This document shows positions 39,397-54,299 of a stretch of 64,000 nt of DNA, in pieces. The position numbers and the translations under genes were made by a program. Positions within the stretch are counted from its first letter, which is position 1, and each line of letters starts with the position of its first letter. The notes below the pieces were generated by a model. That model saw only the letters and a program-made list of their open reading frames with translations, was not told where the DNA came from and did no database searches. The DNA comes from Candidatus Brocadiia bacterium (GTDB lineage Bacteria > Planctomycetota > Brocadiia > SM23-32): the NCBI GenBank assembly GCA_046538485.1, contig JBKHIT010000003.1:107871-171870 (forward strand). Reading direction: 5' to 3'.

Positions 39397-40140
39397 ATGC
39401 CAGCGGCACACAATAACCAGAGTTTCGGGCCAATGGGGGAACACTCACTGCACGAGCAGCTCAAAACCTGGTACTCCATCCCGGATGATCGGGCTGAAGT
39501 GCCCGTTGAAGGATATATTATCGATCTGGTTCGAGGAGGACTGCTCATCGAGATTCAGACGGGGAATTTCACGGCTTTGAAAGATAAACTCCCCGCTCTT
39601 CTGGAAGGCCATCCAGTCCGGGTTGTCTATCCTTTATCCCGCGAAAAATGGATTGTGCATATCGGCACCGACGGTCTCACCAAACTTAATCGTCGGAAAT
39701 CCCCCAAACACCAGTCATTGATCGATATCTTTTGGGAGCTGGTGAGTATCCCCGAACTGATGATGGATCCCGGTTTTATCCTCGAAGTTATTGTCATTCA
39801 GGAAGAAGCTATCCGCCGGCAGGTGAAGACGAATTCCTCGCGCAAGCGGCGCAAATTTATACCTTTCGACAGACGCCTGCTTTCGGTCGAAGGGCGTCGG
39901 CTTTATGAAAAGCCCGCTGATCTAAAATCTTTTATACCTGACCGGCTCGAACGGCCTTTCACGAACGCGCAGCTGGCCAGAGCCATCGGCCGGCGACGAA
40001 AACTCGCCGAGAAGATAACGTACTGTTTGCGTCATATGAACGTTCTCAAAGTCGTGGGCAAAGACGGGGGAGCATATTTGCACGAAGACTGTGAACCGGG
40101 GGAAATAAGGGACGGCGTGGACGGCACTCCGGATTCGTAA
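39397..40140 (+). CDS. Hypothetical protein with a putative PD-(D/E)xK-like nuclease fold
   Basis: GGAGG RBS; EHSLHEQLK...EVPVEGYIIDL...LLIEIQT; C-terminal helix-turn-helix-like segment. Confidence 0.55.
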   Translation: MPAAHNNQSFGPMGEHSLHEQLKTWYSIPDDRAEVPVEGYIIDLVRGGLLIEIQTGNFTALKDKLPALLEGHPVRVVYPLSREKWIVHIGTDGLTKLNRRKSPKHQSLIDIFWELVSIPELMMDPGFILEVIVIQEEAIRRQVKTNSSRKRRKFIPFDRRLLSVEGRRLYEKPADLKSFIPDRLERPFTNAQLARAIGRRRKLAEKITYCLRHMNVLKVVGKDGGAYLHEDCEPGEIRDGVDGTPDS

Positions 40141-40326
40141 GTCAGATGTGCAGAAGGTGCATTATAATAATTATTGCCTCAAATTCATGAAATATCCGGG
40201 TTAGGCACCCCTTACCGACAGCATTCTGAACTCCGGGCTCTGACCGAAGGTCCAGTCTTCTGATTGAATTTGTGTGGTTCAGGTGTGTCCGCCTGCCGGT
40301 CTTGCCCCGCCGGGGGATGTTTTGCG

Positions 40327-40923
40327 CTATAGTTTTCCTTTTGTTGAGGGCACTTCGTCCCCGGCCGATGGATCGATGGAAACAGCCTCCCTCAAGGCCC
40401 GTGCGAGAGCCTTAAAGATAGACTCTGCAATGTGGTGGGAATTTTCACCACGTACGACGTCCAGGTGCAAAGTAAGTCCTGCGTGATTGACAAAAGCCTG
40501 GAGGAACTCATTGACGAGTTCTACGTCAAATTCGCCGACTTTGTGGGTGGGGAACGCGACATTTGAGCTCAAGTATGCTCGACCGCTGACGTCGACCGCG
40601 ACAGTTGCCAGGCTTTCCTGCATGGGCAATCGGACGTTGGCGAAACGGCGTATGCCTGCTTTATCACCCAACGCTTCTGCCAGCGCGTTTCCGAGAACAA
40701 TACCTACGTCTTCCGTTGTGTGGTGGTCATCTACTTCCAGGTCACCCGTCGCTTTTATTTCCAAGTTGAAACGTCCATGTCGGGCGAGAAGTTCGAGCAT
40801 GTGGTCAAGGAACCCGACACCGGAACTGATATTGGATTTTCCTTCACCATCAATGTTCAACTCCACGGATACCGTTGTTTCGCTTGTTTCTCGTTCGACC
40901 TTTGCCGTGCGCATTTTATCCAT
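40327..40923 (-). CDS. hisB: Imidazoleglycerol-phosphate dehydratase
   Basis: [37 protein letters not shown]. Confidence 0.97.
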   Translation of the reverse strand: MDKMRTAKVERETSETTVSVELNIDGEGKSNISSGVGFLDHMLELLARHGRFNLEIKATGDLEVDDHHTTEDVGIVLGNALAEALGDKAGIRRFANVRLPMQESLATVAVDVSGRAYLSSNVAFPTHKVGEFDVELVNEFLQAFVNHAGLTLHLDVVRGENSHHIAESIFKALARALREAVSIDPSAGDEVPSTKGKL

Positions 40924-40957
40924 GATATTTGCTCCTGCGCCAACGTTTGTTTGCTTT

Positions 40958-42001
40958 TCAGAGTATTGCCTTAAGAGTTTTCAGCAGAACGTCAATTTCT
41001 TTATCGGTCCCAACCGTTATACGAAGGCAATCGTCGATTCTTGGGAGATCGAAATAACGTACCAATATTTTATTTTCAAAAAGCGCTTCGAATAGCTCTT
41101 TGCCGTTCTGGCCTTCCGGCACACGCGCCAGCACGAAGTTCGACTGTGAATCCCAGCAGAAAAATCCCAGTTCTCGAAGGTTCTCAGTGAGCCAAGCACG
41201 AGTTTTACGGATACGCGCGATGTTTTTGCCCAGCCATTTCTGGTCAGCAATTGCTGCTCGCGCACCTGCTACACCGGGAGCGCTGACGTTGTATGAATCT
41301 TTGACTTTCAGCATAGCTTCAGCCAGTGGCCGGGGCGCCACAGCATAGCCGAAACGAAGGCCGGCCAGGCTGTACGATTTGGACATGGTTCTGGTGACGA
41401 CTACGTTTTCGCAGGTTTTTGTCAGCTCGAGACAGTTGTCGTCTGCAAAATCTACGTAGGCCTCATCGATTGCAAGGACGCCATTCAATTCATTGGCCAA
41501 TGTCTCTACACGATCGGGTGCTATGAGCGTTCCACTTGGCGCGTTCGGGTTTGCAAGAAAAGTCAATTCGGCATCTATTCTGGCCAGATTTTCAGGCAAA
41601 GAATAATCTTCGGGAAATTCAGTGGTTTCTGTGCGGGCTCCCTGAATTTGAGCCAGGACTGGGTAGAGGCTGTAAGTCGGGCTCGGGTAAGCGATTGTCT
41701 GCCCTTCGCCGCAAAAAGTTCGCACTGCAATGGTGAGAATATCATCAGAGCCGAATCCGCAAATGATACAGTCCGGATCGATCCCGAATACATCGCCCGC
41801 TTTTTCCCGGAATGGATCTCCAAGAGGAGGAGGATATTTCCGGATGGATTTTTCACATGCCTCTTCCATCGCCTTTAGAACGTGGGAAGAGGGTGGATAG
41901 GGGTTTTCGTTGGTGTTCAGCTTGATAAAGTCGGTATCTTTGGGCTGAAATCCGGGCGTATATCCCTGCATTGCATCAATGTTATCGCGCACGTATGACA
42001 T
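40958..42001 (-). CDS. hisC: Histidinol-phosphate aminotransferase
   Basis: [42 protein letters not shown]; adjacent to hisB. Confidence 0.93.
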   Translation of the reverse strand: MSYVRDNIDAMQGYTPGFQPKDTDFIKLNTNENPYPPSSHVLKAMEEACEKSIRKYPPPLGDPFREKAGDVFGIDPDCIICGFGSDDILTIAVRTFCGEGQTIAYPSPTYSLYPVLAQIQGARTETTEFPEDYSLPENLARIDAELTFLANPNAPSGTLIAPDRVETLANELNGVLAIDEAYVDFADDNCLELTKTCENVVVTRTMSKSYSLAGLRFGYAVAPRPLAEAMLKVKDSYNVSAPGVAGARAAIADQKWLGKNIARIRKTRAWLTENLRELGFFCWDSQSNFVLARVPEGQNGKELFEALFENKILVRYFDLPRIDDCLRITVGTDKEIDVLLKTLKAIL

Positions 42002-42367
42002 AATCCGGGCTGGTTTCTGAAACGAAAGGAAATCGAGGCGCCATTATAAACCTCTGCTGAGCGCAACTGCAACCCCTGCGCGCCGAGAATGGTGATTAAC
42101 CCATCTCAATACTTTGCAGATCCGGGTTGGGCAGGGCTTTTCGCCCTGCTTTTGCCGAGTCTCTTGCCATCTGTGATAGACATCGGCCGATTTCCCCAGG
42201 AAGTTTTATCTCACTTAATGCAGTATATTTGTTTGAACTTTGTTTGCAAATCGTGTTTCAGCTTGAGTGCCGAGCTGGCATGGTCTATTATCCCGTCGAC
42301 TGGGAAATAATAGGATCGACTTGTACTGATAGAGCCGTATGGAGAATTTTTACCGAAAAGGGATTCT

Positions 42368-43123
42368 ATGATTAGTTTCAGCGCCAGTCCATGTAGCACC
42401 CCCAATCTGTCGCTGGAAGAAGCCCTGCGTGGGTACGAAGAAGCAGGATTTCGAGACGTCGAGCTTTTTTCCAACTGGACTGAAGCCCGTTTCGATATGG
42501 AAAGACCCTGCGGAGAATACAGGGACATTTTCAAGCAATACGGAATTCGATTATCATCACTGCATCTTTCCTATCTGACAGGTCGGCCGGAAAGCGTAGA
42601 AGAGGCCTGTCAAATGTGCCGTTGCGCCGCGGAGCTGAAATGCCGGGTTGTTATTCTGAATGCGAATTCCAAAGACAGCTACATCGAACGGGCGCCTGCG
42701 TTGTTGGACTCCATCAGCGGTTTGCCGATTACAGCGGTTCTTACCAACCATATCAATTCGCCCATCGAGACCGTAGAAGATATGCAAGAAATCCTGAATA
42801 AAATCGCCAATCCTGCTTTGAAAACATTGCTGGAAGTCGGCCAATACCACAGCATGGGAATAAGCTGGCAAAAAGCTTATCAGAAACTGGCGGAACAGGT
42901 GGCATTGGTGCATCTGAAAGATCAGGTGGGATCCCGGAGCGTTCGCTTCGGGGAAGGTGAAGTCGATATTGAAGGTCTGTTGCGAAGACTTGTTAAGGAC
43001 AATTACGACGGGAATGTCGTTCTGGAGATGGAATTGGAAAATGATCAGGAGGGACTGGACGCCCTTGCGGAAGCTCTCGAATACGTGACAGAGGTAGTTA
43101 ATCGATGTCATTCCCCAAAATAG
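42368..43123 (+). CDS. Sugar phosphate isomerase/epimerase (xylose-isomerase-like TIM barrel)
   Basis: AGFRDVEL, VHLKD, FGEGEVD, YDGNVVLEME. Confidence 0.8.
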   Translation: MISFSASPCSTPNLSLEEALRGYEEAGFRDVELFSNWTEARFDMERPCGEYRDIFKQYGIRLSSLHLSYLTGRPESVEEACQMCRCAAELKCRVVILNANSKDSYIERAPALLDSISGLPITAVLTNHINSPIETVEDMQEILNKIANPALKTLLEVGQYHSMGISWQKAYQKLAEQVALVHLKDQVGSRSVRFGEGEVDIEGLLRRLVKDNYDGNVVLEMELENDQEGLDALAEALEYVTEVVNRCHSPK

Positions 43124-44094
43124 CGGTGGTCGGAGCAGGCAACCTCTCGACGCGCCGAATTTACCCTTACCTGGCGACAGCCGGAGCCAAACTTGTGGGT
43201 GTCTGCGACCTTGATCTTGAAAAGGCGGCCCGCAACGCCGAGTTGTTCGGAGGGAAGCCGTATGACGATATGGACAAAATGCTTGATGCCGCGCAACCGG
43301 ACGGAGTCATCGTTTGCGTCGGGCCGGAAGCCCACGCAGAACTCGCTCCGAAAATAATGAGACACGGGCTGCCGGTCTACACGGAAAAACCGCCGGCCGC
43401 CTGTGCGGAGGATGCTCTGAAAGTCGCCCGGGTTTCAGAAGAAACCGGCCAGTTGTGCGTGACGGCTTTCAAAAAAAGGTATAGTCGCGCCTACACCCGG
43501 GCGAAGAAATTCATCGAAGAATTTGGTCCTGAAGAGCTGGAATCGCTTTCTATCGACTATGCTTCCTCGCGTTATACCAACGAGAGCTTTCGGACATCAT
43601 TTCTCCTCGATTTTTGTATCCACATGATCGATCTTTCCGGTTATCTTTTTGGGGATGCCGAACAGGTCTTTGTATTTGCCAGAGAAAAGCATTCCTATGC
43701 TGTGTCTGTGCGGTATGCCAGCGGCGCGGTTGGTTCATTCAACTTTACCGATGGGAGATCATTCCAAATTCCCACCGAGGAAGTCGAGATTACGGCCGCG
43801 GGCGGCAATTTTATGTCAGTGCATAATTCATCGCAGTGGCGCATTGCCCGAGATGGAGAGTGTGTGGAATACCGCGAGCCGCCGACATTCGTCTCGGGCG
43901 GCGACAGCGGAAGGGACACCGGACATCTATCGGAATTGGAAGATTTTATCGACGCCGTTCGCACGGGCCGTAAAGAGTCAAGATCTTCCGTTCAAAATTC
44001 GTATCGGAGCATGGTTCTTTACGAAGGAATCGTCCGCTCCTGTGAAAAGAGTGAATCCGTCAATTTGACCTATGAGGAGGTAGAAAAAGCATGA
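43105..44094 (+). CDS. Gfo/Idh/MocA oxidoreductase
   Basis: IAVVGAG, VCD, VYTEKP, DFCIHMID. Confidence 0.88.
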   Translation: MSFPKIAVVGAGNLSTRRIYPYLATAGAKLVGVCDLDLEKAARNAELFGGKPYDDMDKMLDAAQPDGVIVCVGPEAHAELAPKIMRHGLPVYTEKPPAACAEDALKVARVSEETGQLCVTAFKKRYSRAYTRAKKFIEEFGPEELESLSIDYASSRYTNESFRTSFLLDFCIHMIDLSGYLFGDAEQVFVFAREKHSYAVSVRYASGAVGSFNFTDGRSFQIPTEEVEITAAGGNFMSVHNSSQWRIARDGECVEYREPPTFVSGGDSGRDTGHLSELEDFIDAVRTGRKESRSSVQNSYRSMVLYEGIVRSCEKSESVNLTYEEVEKA

Positions 44095-44459
44095 AGAGCG
44101 CAGCTAAACTTGTGCGTGAAGCCGATGCCGAAACCGAAGAGCATACATGGGGCAAACTCCGCTGGTATGCCGGGAAAGATGATGAAAATTCAAGAGAGCT
44201 TGCCGTGGCTATATGCGAGATCCTGCCCGATTGCCGCACGGATGAACATTATCACCCGGGATGTGAGGAGTTCATCTACGTGATGACGGGCGTGGTGCGG
44301 CAATATATATCCAGTGAAGAAGAGTTCATGGAAATGACGGCCGGCGATGCTGTTGTGATTCCTCCCGGCCTGAAACATCGCAGCGAAAACGTCGCCAATG
44401 AAGCTTCCGAAATGCTGGTCGTCTATTCATCCCGCGATTGCGAAAAAATGACCGACTGA
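44091..44459 (+). CDS. Cupin domain protein
   Basis: HYHPGCEEFIYVMTG...GDAVVIPPGLKH; ATGA overlap with the upstream stop. Confidence 0.88.
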   Translation: MKSAAKLVREADAETEEHTWGKLRWYAGKDDENSRELAVAICEILPDCRTDEHYHPGCEEFIYVMTGVVRQYISSEEEFMEMTAGDAVVIPPGLKHRSENVANEASEMLVVYSSRDCEKMTD

Positions 44460-44485
44460 CCAATTTTTGAAAAAGGTGTTCCCTG

Positions 44486-45835
44486 ATGAGTGAAGAACAG
44501 AACAAACCGAATATCCTCTATTTTTTCACCGATCAGCAACGATGGGATACTGTCGGTTGTTACGGACAACCGCTCGATGTGACCCCGAATCTGGACCGCA
44601 TGGCTCAGGAAGGCGTGCGATTTGAAAACGCTTTCACCTGCCAACCTGTCTGCGGACCGGCCCGTTCCTGCATCCAGACCGGGAAATGGGCGACCGAAAC
44701 CGGTTGTGTGACGAACGGGATCGCGCTCCCCCAGGACACGCGAACGATCGCCCACTGGATGTCCGACGCCGGCTACGAGGTCGCCTATATTGGAAAGTGG
44801 CATCTGGCTTCTACACGGGGAGAGTTTGATTACCGGACCGAACCTATCCCGCTCGAAAGACGGGGAGGCTACAAGGACCACTGGCTTGCCTCCGATATCC
44901 TCGAATTCACGTCTCACGGTTACGATGGGCATATGTTCAACGCCGATAACGAGAAAGTCGAATTCAAGGGTTACAGAGTCGATTGTTGCACAGATTTTGC
45001 GCTCGATTACTTGAAATCTCGGAAGACCGACAAGCCTTTCTTCCTATTCCTTTCCTATATCGAGCCTCACCATCAAAACGATCATAACCGGTACGAAGGT
45101 CCCGAGGGTTCAAAAGAACGATTTGGCGATTTCGAAGTGCCCGGCGATCTCGTGGATACCGAAGGCGATTGGCGCGAGAATTACCCGGATTATCTCGGAT
45201 GCATCAATGCGCTTGACCGCAACTTTGGCCGGCTGCGCGAGGAGCTTGAAGAGCAGGGAATCGCCGATGATACCCTGATTGTCTGGACCAGCGACCACGG
45301 ATCGCATTTCCGCACGCGGAACGGGGAATACAAACGCGCATGCCACGATGCCTGCACCCATATCCCGATGGTCATATCAGGGCCCGGTTTCCGTGGCGGG
45401 AAGGTGTGCAGCGAACTGGTCAATCTGATCGATACGCCAAACACCGTAATGAAAACTGCAGGACTTGATCTGCCCGATTACATGCGGGGAGAGCCATTGC
45501 AGAGACTGGTTGCCGGAGATAGCGAAGACTGGCGGGATGAAGTTTTCATCCAGATCAGCGAAAGTCACTGCGGCCGAGCAATTCGGACACATCGCTGGAA
45601 ATATTCCGTGCGCGCGCCCGGCACAGGAGGTGGGGCCCCGGGCAGTGAACTCTATGTAGAGGATTTCCTTTACGATCTGGAAGCCGATCCGCACGAACGA
45701 AATAACCTTGTCGACGATCCGGCTTACGAAAATGTGCGGGCCGAATTGCGCGAGCGCCTGATATCGCGAATGGTGGCAGCACGAGAGCAGGAGCCGGAAA
45801 TTCGCCCCTCACCCGAGGAAGAAATGGAAAATTAA
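44486..45835 (+). CDS. Cys-type sulfatase
   Basis: PNILYFFTDQQR, CGPARS (CxPxR), GKWHL, EPHH, SDHG. Confidence 0.92.
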   Translation: MSEEQNKPNILYFFTDQQRWDTVGCYGQPLDVTPNLDRMAQEGVRFENAFTCQPVCGPARSCIQTGKWATETGCVTNGIALPQDTRTIAHWMSDAGYEVAYIGKWHLASTRGEFDYRTEPIPLERRGGYKDHWLASDILEFTSHGYDGHMFNADNEKVEFKGYRVDCCTDFALDYLKSRKTDKPFFLFLSYIEPHHQNDHNRYEGPEGSKERFGDFEVPGDLVDTEGDWRENYPDYLGCINALDRNFGRLREELEEQGIADDTLIVWTSDHGSHFRTRNGEYKRACHDACTHIPMVISGPGFRGGKVCSELVNLIDTPNTVMKTAGLDLPDYMRGEPLQRLVAGDSEDWRDEVFIQISESHCGRAIRTHRWKYSVRAPGTGGGAPGSELYVEDFLYDLEADPHERNNLVDDPAYENVRAELRERLISRMVAAREQEPEIRPSPEEEMEN

Positions 45836-48928
<3,093 letters not shown>

Positions 48929-48992
48929 TGTCATTTTTCAAACCGAAAGATGACAAGCTTCCGCAACATTTTGAGGAAAGGATTCAGTCACA

Positions 48993-50072
48993 GTGGATTT
49001 GATGCCAATTGAGCGCATTCCCGATTCGGAAAAACGTATTGAGCGCCAGGATGCGTTTTGGGAAATGGAAATAATCGATCGTCCGGTGGCCAATATAACG
49101 ATAGGGGAGGAGAATTCAGATTATCCACACCCACCGCAGAAAGATTGGGATTCATTGCGAGACAGGTGGTGGGACACGGAGTATATGGCGGAAGCGAAAC
49201 TTGCCAACGTGATGAATACCAGTTTCTTAGGAGATGCTCTTCCACATGCTTACCCAAACCTCGGGCCGGAAGTTTTCAGTTGTTTTTTCGGTGCGAAGAT
49301 GGAATACGGCGAACGGACCAGCTGGTCTATCCCCAATCTGGGAAACTGGGAGGATGCCGACGAGCTGGTGTTTTCTTGGGGCAACAAATACTTCCAGAAA
49401 ATCGTGGAAATGACCGATGCGCTTCTGGAGGTAGGGGAGGGCAAATTCTACACCGGCCTAACCGATATCCACCCGGGCGGGGACGCCGTGGCGGCGTTCC
49501 GAGATCCCGAGCGACTGGCGCTCGATATGATTGAGTATCAGGACGAAGTAAAGGAAATGGTGGAACGGGTGACTGACACTTACCTGAAGGTTTTTGATTT
49601 TTTCTGCGACAAACTCCAGGAGGCGAAACAGGCCATAACGACGTGGGCCGGAATTGTCTCAAGCAAACGTTGGTACGTTCCAAGCAATGATTTCTCATGC
49701 ATGATTTCCAGTGAGATGTTCGACGACGTCTTTCTGCCCGGAATCATCAGAGAATGTGACCATCTGGAGGCGGCGATTTACCATCTGGATGGGCCGGGCG
49801 CTTTGCAGCACCTTGACAGTCTCCTGGCGATAGATTCTTTGAACGCCATCCAATGGGTCTACGGGGCTGGAAAAGGGCCCGCATCCAACTGGCTTGACGT
49901 TTACAAGAAATGCCAGGACGCCGGCAAAGGCCTTCAGATTACACTCAACACCGATGAGCTGGATCTTTTCATGGAGGAACTCTCCCCGGAAGGGCTCTGG
50001 TTGAGAATCGGTGGGATTCACGATAGCGAGCACGCGGATCGAGTTCTCGAACAACTGAAAAACTGGACCTGA
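48993..50072 (+). CDS. UroD/MtaA-CmuA-like TIM-barrel protein (possible corrinoid-dependent methyltransferase)
   Basis: PNLGP, FRDPERLALD, NDFSCMISSEMF, YHLDGPGALQHLD, IQWVYGAG. Confidence 0.65.
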   Translation: MDLMPIERIPDSEKRIERQDAFWEMEIIDRPVANITIGEENSDYPHPPQKDWDSLRDRWWDTEYMAEAKLANVMNTSFLGDALPHAYPNLGPEVFSCFFGAKMEYGERTSWSIPNLGNWEDADELVFSWGNKYFQKIVEMTDALLEVGEGKFYTGLTDIHPGGDAVAAFRDPERLALDMIEYQDEVKEMVERVTDTYLKVFDFFCDKLQEAKQAITTWAGIVSSKRWYVPSNDFSCMISSEMFDDVFLPGIIRECDHLEAAIYHLDGPGALQHLDSLLAIDSLNAIQWVYGAGKGPASNWLDVYKKCQDAGKGLQITLNTDELDLFMEELSPEGLWLRIGGIHDSEHADRVLEQLKNWT

Positions 50073-50073
50073 T

Positions 50074-51075
50074 TTACAAGCGGTTTTTAGAAAGCGGATA
50101 ACCGCTCACAACAGGTTGATTCATGTGAGGACGGTAGCGACGGCACTCGCTGGATTCGGTCAGACGCTCGAGGTCTTCGGGGGCGATTTCAATCTCATCG
50201 AGTTCATACATTGAGTCGTAATGTTCCGGTTTGCTCCCCCCCAGAATGGGACAGCTGACTCCCGGCCTTGAGAGAAGCCATTTGATGGCGACCTGATTCA
50301 TTCCAGCATCGTATTTTTCGGCGACTTCACGCAAGACATCAAGGATGTCAAAGAGTTCGTCAGTGAGCAGTTTCCGGAATCCCTTGAGCTCGGCGGCTCG
50401 TGAACCGGCCGGCGGTTCCTCACCGCGTTTGTACTTTCCCGTTAACAAACCACCATCCAGCGGCCCGTAAAGCATCGTCGCGATATTAAATCTCCTGCAG
50501 AATGGCAACATCTCATTTTCGACAACGCGGTCCGTGAGATTGTAGCGGCATTGGAGTGAACTGACAGGTTCCCAGCCATTAAGCGCCGAAACCCCAAGCA
50601 TGTGGGCCACCTGCCAGGCGTAATGATTGGCCACACCGATGTAACGGACTTTGCCCTGCTTGACAAAACTATCAAGCGTCGAAAGCACCTCTTCCAGAGG
50701 CGTGTTTCTGCCGGGATGATGCAACTGAAGAAGGTCGATGTAATCCGTTTGAAGTCTTTTCAGGCTGTCTTCCAGCGTGCGCATCATGTGGACGCGCGAA
50801 CAACCGCGTCCGTTCGGGTCGTCGTAAATCTTAACCCATAATTTTGTCGCAACGATAACTTGATCGCGTTTCCCTTTCAGGGCTTTCCCAAGGATCTTTT
50901 CGCTCTCGAAATCGCTGTAATAGTTCGCTGTGTCGATGAAATTAATACCTTCATCGAGGGCCTTGTCTATGATGCCGATGGATGTTTTCTCGTCGCACGT
51001 TTCGGGGAATGTCATCGCTCCCAGGCAGAGCCTTGATACTTTCATGCCAGTGTTTCCGAACTTGATATATTCCAT
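50074..51075 (-). CDS. Aldo/keto reductase
   Basis: VSRLCLGAMTF, GINFIDTANYY, SLKRLQTDYIDLLQLH, GKVRYIG, GLLTGKY. Confidence 0.92.
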   Translation of the reverse strand: MEYIKFGNTGMKVSRLCLGAMTFPETCDEKTSIGIIDKALDEGINFIDTANYYSDFESEKILGKALKGKRDQVIVATKLWVKIYDDPNGRGCSRVHMMRTLEDSLKRLQTDYIDLLQLHHPGRNTPLEEVLSTLDSFVKQGKVRYIGVANHYAWQVAHMLGVSALNGWEPVSSLQCRYNLTDRVVENEMLPFCRRFNIATMLYGPLDGGLLTGKYKRGEEPPAGSRAAELKGFRKLLTDELFDILDVLREVAEKYDAGMNQVAIKWLLSRPGVSCPILGGSKPEHYDSMYELDEIEIAPEDLERLTESSECRRYRPHMNQPVVSGYPLSKNRL

Positions 51076-51142
51076 GATACTTCTCCAGATCTGAATTGTG
51101 TCTCTTCGTAATACTTGCAGGTCAGTCTACTGAGTTGAGTAA

Positions 51143-53173
51143 TTTCTGCAAGCAGATCTTCGCAAACCTGCCTATGTCTGGGGTTGGGACTGGGCTCCGC
51201 ACCTGGCGAGTTGCGGGATTACGGGAAACGTTGAGTTGCGCCATCGACGTATTAACGAAATCATGGATGTGCACCTGCGTGTGGGTCTGCGTGAGGAAAA
51301 CGCGCTTGTCAAAGCAAGCGTTGAGATCGAACACAATACCCTCACTTCTTCGGGATGGGGTTCTCTATCCATTGAATTTGCCGATGAGGAAGGCCGAAAG
51401 TTTGGAGCTGAAAAAGAAGATGTGTTTCTCTCTTCGGGAATAGCAATCGCCGAACTCGATTTGGCCGTGGATGCTCTGCGGCTCTGGTGGCCGAACGGTA
51501 GCGGTTCACAGCACCGGTATGATGTGGAAATCAATCTGGAATCGGAAGACGGTTCGGCATCAAAACATCTGAAATGGGGCATGCGGACAGTGCAGTTGAA
51601 CAATCGGCCCGGTCGGTTTGGAGCCATCATCAACGGAAAACCCATTTTCCTGAAGGGAGGCAATTGGATCCCGCCGGATTCTCTTTACGGGCGAGTTACA
51701 CCCGACAAAGTGATTTCCCTGCTTGAAGAAGCGGCCGAGGCCAATTTTAACTGCCTGCGGATCTGGGGCGGCGGGCGATTCGAGATGGATGAGTTTTATG
51801 AGGCTTGTGACCGACACGGCATCTTCGTGTGGCAGGATTTTATGTCGGCCTGCGCACCTCTGCCCGCCCATCAAGAGTGGTTCAGGCGGGAATTTATGAA
51901 AGAAGCCGACTACCAGATTCGGCGTCTGCGTAACCGGGCCTGCTTGCTGCTGTGGTGCGGCAATAATGAAGTGGGCAGTTGTTACAGCTGGATGCCTGAA
52001 TTCGATGAACATAAAGATCCTGCGTGGCGAATTTATCACCGGGATTTGCCCCGTTTGCTAAAACAGTTAGATCCCGACATTCCATACTGGCCAACGTCGC
52101 CATACGGCGGGGCGGAAAACGTCAATGCCCGGGACGTGGGCGATGACCATCACTGGGTGGTTATGCGAGCGGAGGAAGAATACTGGTCCAATCCGCAGTA
52201 TTGGGACGAATCGGAGCGGCCGATTTTCAATTCCGAATACGGATACGGGGGACCATGCTCGCTGGAGACGACACGCGAGTATACGGACACCGATTCGCCG
52301 GATCTGTTCAGCGAAGTGGGGCATCAGCATACCAATACGTTCTATGATATCCCCAGGGTGAATCACGGTATCCGAGAGCATTACCGGGATCCTGAAGGTC
52401 TTAGCCTTGAGGATTATATTCTTCTCGGAGGCCTCGTTCAGGGATTGAATCTGGGATATTCGCTGGAATCTCTGCGTGCGAACGAGCAGACGATGGGCGG
52501 CATTTTCTGGATGTACAACGATACCTGGGGTGAGAACGGATGGACGATCATCGATTACTACCTGCGGCGTAAAATTTCATTCTACAATGTCAGGCGCTGT
52601 CTCGCCCCAACAAGGCTTGTGCTCCGGAAAGGTGGCCAGGCTTTCGGTGGAAAACTCGGGGAAATTGTGCTCATAGTTCTGAACGATTCTCCGGATCCGC
52701 TGGGGGGAGAAGTCGAAATGGGCTATGTGAGTTTCGATGGAAACGAAAAGGAACTCGATGTGCTTGAGCTGGAGGTGCCGGGCAGATCCCGCACCGTTGC
52801 GGGGACATGGGAGATACCGGATGGCGAACGGGCCAGAAACGGAACGGTTGCTGCCATTCCCCGCGGAATTCCCGATCTCTTACCAGTGACCTGGTATCAC
52901 GGACGGTATCGGGAGCTGAATTTTCCTGGGGCTACCATCGAAGTGGTGGGGTCTGAGCAGAAAGGGGACCATCTCGAGATCCGGGTGCGCTCGGACGTGT
53001 ACGCCCACGCTGTCCACTTCCAGATCCCGTCCGAATATCGTCTTTCCGATCATTATTTCGATCTTTTGCCGGGTGAGCAAAGAAAGGTAACGATTTATGG
53101 AGGGAGAGATCTTGATCCTGACGTGCTTTCTCCACGGAGCACATTGCCGGAACGGGGAGAGGCCGAAGTTTAA
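51143..53173 (+). pseudogene. 5'-truncated GH2 beta-mannosidase
   Basis: Frame opens after TAA 51140-51142 straight into LRKPAYVWGWDWAP; KGGNWIP, RIWGGG, WQDFM, WCGNNE, SEYG present; N-terminal sugar-binding domain and a convincing start are missing. Confidence 0.7.
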
Positions 53174-53409
53174 ATGAGGCGGGGTCTTACCGTGAGCAGA
53201 AAAGAAGCCCGTCTTGTTTTTGGTCCGGAAGTGTCGGTAGCAGGGGTAACTGGCGGGTGAGGTGCCGCGAGTGTCTTTGTTTCATACGATAAGAGGGCAC
53301 TGGAAGGCTTTTTTGCGGCATTGACTCCAGGCCGATTTTCCCCGTGTGAGGTCAAGATGTTCCGTCGCTTTCCCGGAGGCGTGTTCGTTTCAGAGAAGTA
53401 GAATTAAAG

Positions 53410-53487
53410 TGGTACGCCCGGCAGGACTTGAACCTGCGACCTGCGGTTTAGGAAACCGCCGCTCTATCCTGACTGAGCTACGGGCGC
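53410..53487 (-). tRNA. tRNA-Arg (anticodon CCT)
   Basis: GCGCCCGTAGCTCAGTCAGGATAGAGCGGCGGTTTCCTAAACCGCAGGTCGCAGGTTCAAGTCCTGCCGGGCGTACCA: full cloverleaf, anticodon stem GCGGT/ACCGC, encoded CCA. Confidence 0.97.
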
Positions 53488-53831
53488 ACCGATATAAACG
53501 ATTTTTAAAGAACTTCTTATGACATCCGGCAGTTTCGGCGAAATCGGCCTGTTATCAGAACACAATCTTTTGTGGTAGCCGGATTGGTTGTCAAGACCTC
53601 AGTAATAAGGAGCGGGTTCTTCCTTGTCTCATGAAACGCCGCAATATTTCGTATAACTATTGTAGGCAAAACGGCAAAGGGGACGGCAAATCTTTGGAGC
53701 GGAAGCGAAAAGGCGTTACTGAGGATACCTTGCAAATAATGTAGTCAAGAACGCCGAAAAGGTCAAGGTAGGGGAAAATCCCCACGTGATCTTGTTCTTG
53801 CCTGGCCTGAGGTCGATTTCGACCAGGGCAA

Positions 53832-54272
53832 TTGGAACTTTCGGAAGAATACGCAGCCCGTGTTGTAAACTCGGTAAAAACCGGAGCTAAATGTACTATC
53901 AGCGGGAATGTGCCGAACGATGGACTGATTGATAATCTGGGACAAGATGCGACCGTGGAAGTCCCGGTTAGAGTTGACGGAGAAGGGTTTCATCCCGAAA
54001 CTATGGGTAATCTGCCGTCTCAATGTGCCATGCTTTGTCGGCGCAGTATCGAGACCCAGCGATTTTTGGTGAAAGGATTGAGTGAACGGAAAACAAAGCC
54101 TCTCTTTTATGCGATGCTGGCTGATTCGCTTACAATAGCTTGTCTGGACCCCGGAGCTATTCGTCGTTTGTTTAATGATCTGATTACAACGGAAAAAGAA
54201 AAAATATGTTGCCAGAGTGGGTTCAGCCAGTTTGAAAAACAGCACAGGCTGGCAAACGAGTTCACTAAATAG
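53832..54272 (+). pseudogene. C-terminal fragment of a GH4 glycosidase (MelA-like)
   Basis: SEEYAARVVNS...GNVPNDGLIDNL..DATVEVP..VDGEG match the GH4 C-terminal domain; in-frame TGA at 53808-53810; no NAD-binding N-terminal domain. Confidence 0.7.
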
Positions 54273-54299
54273 ATATCACTTTTCCTGAAGGGGTGAAAC

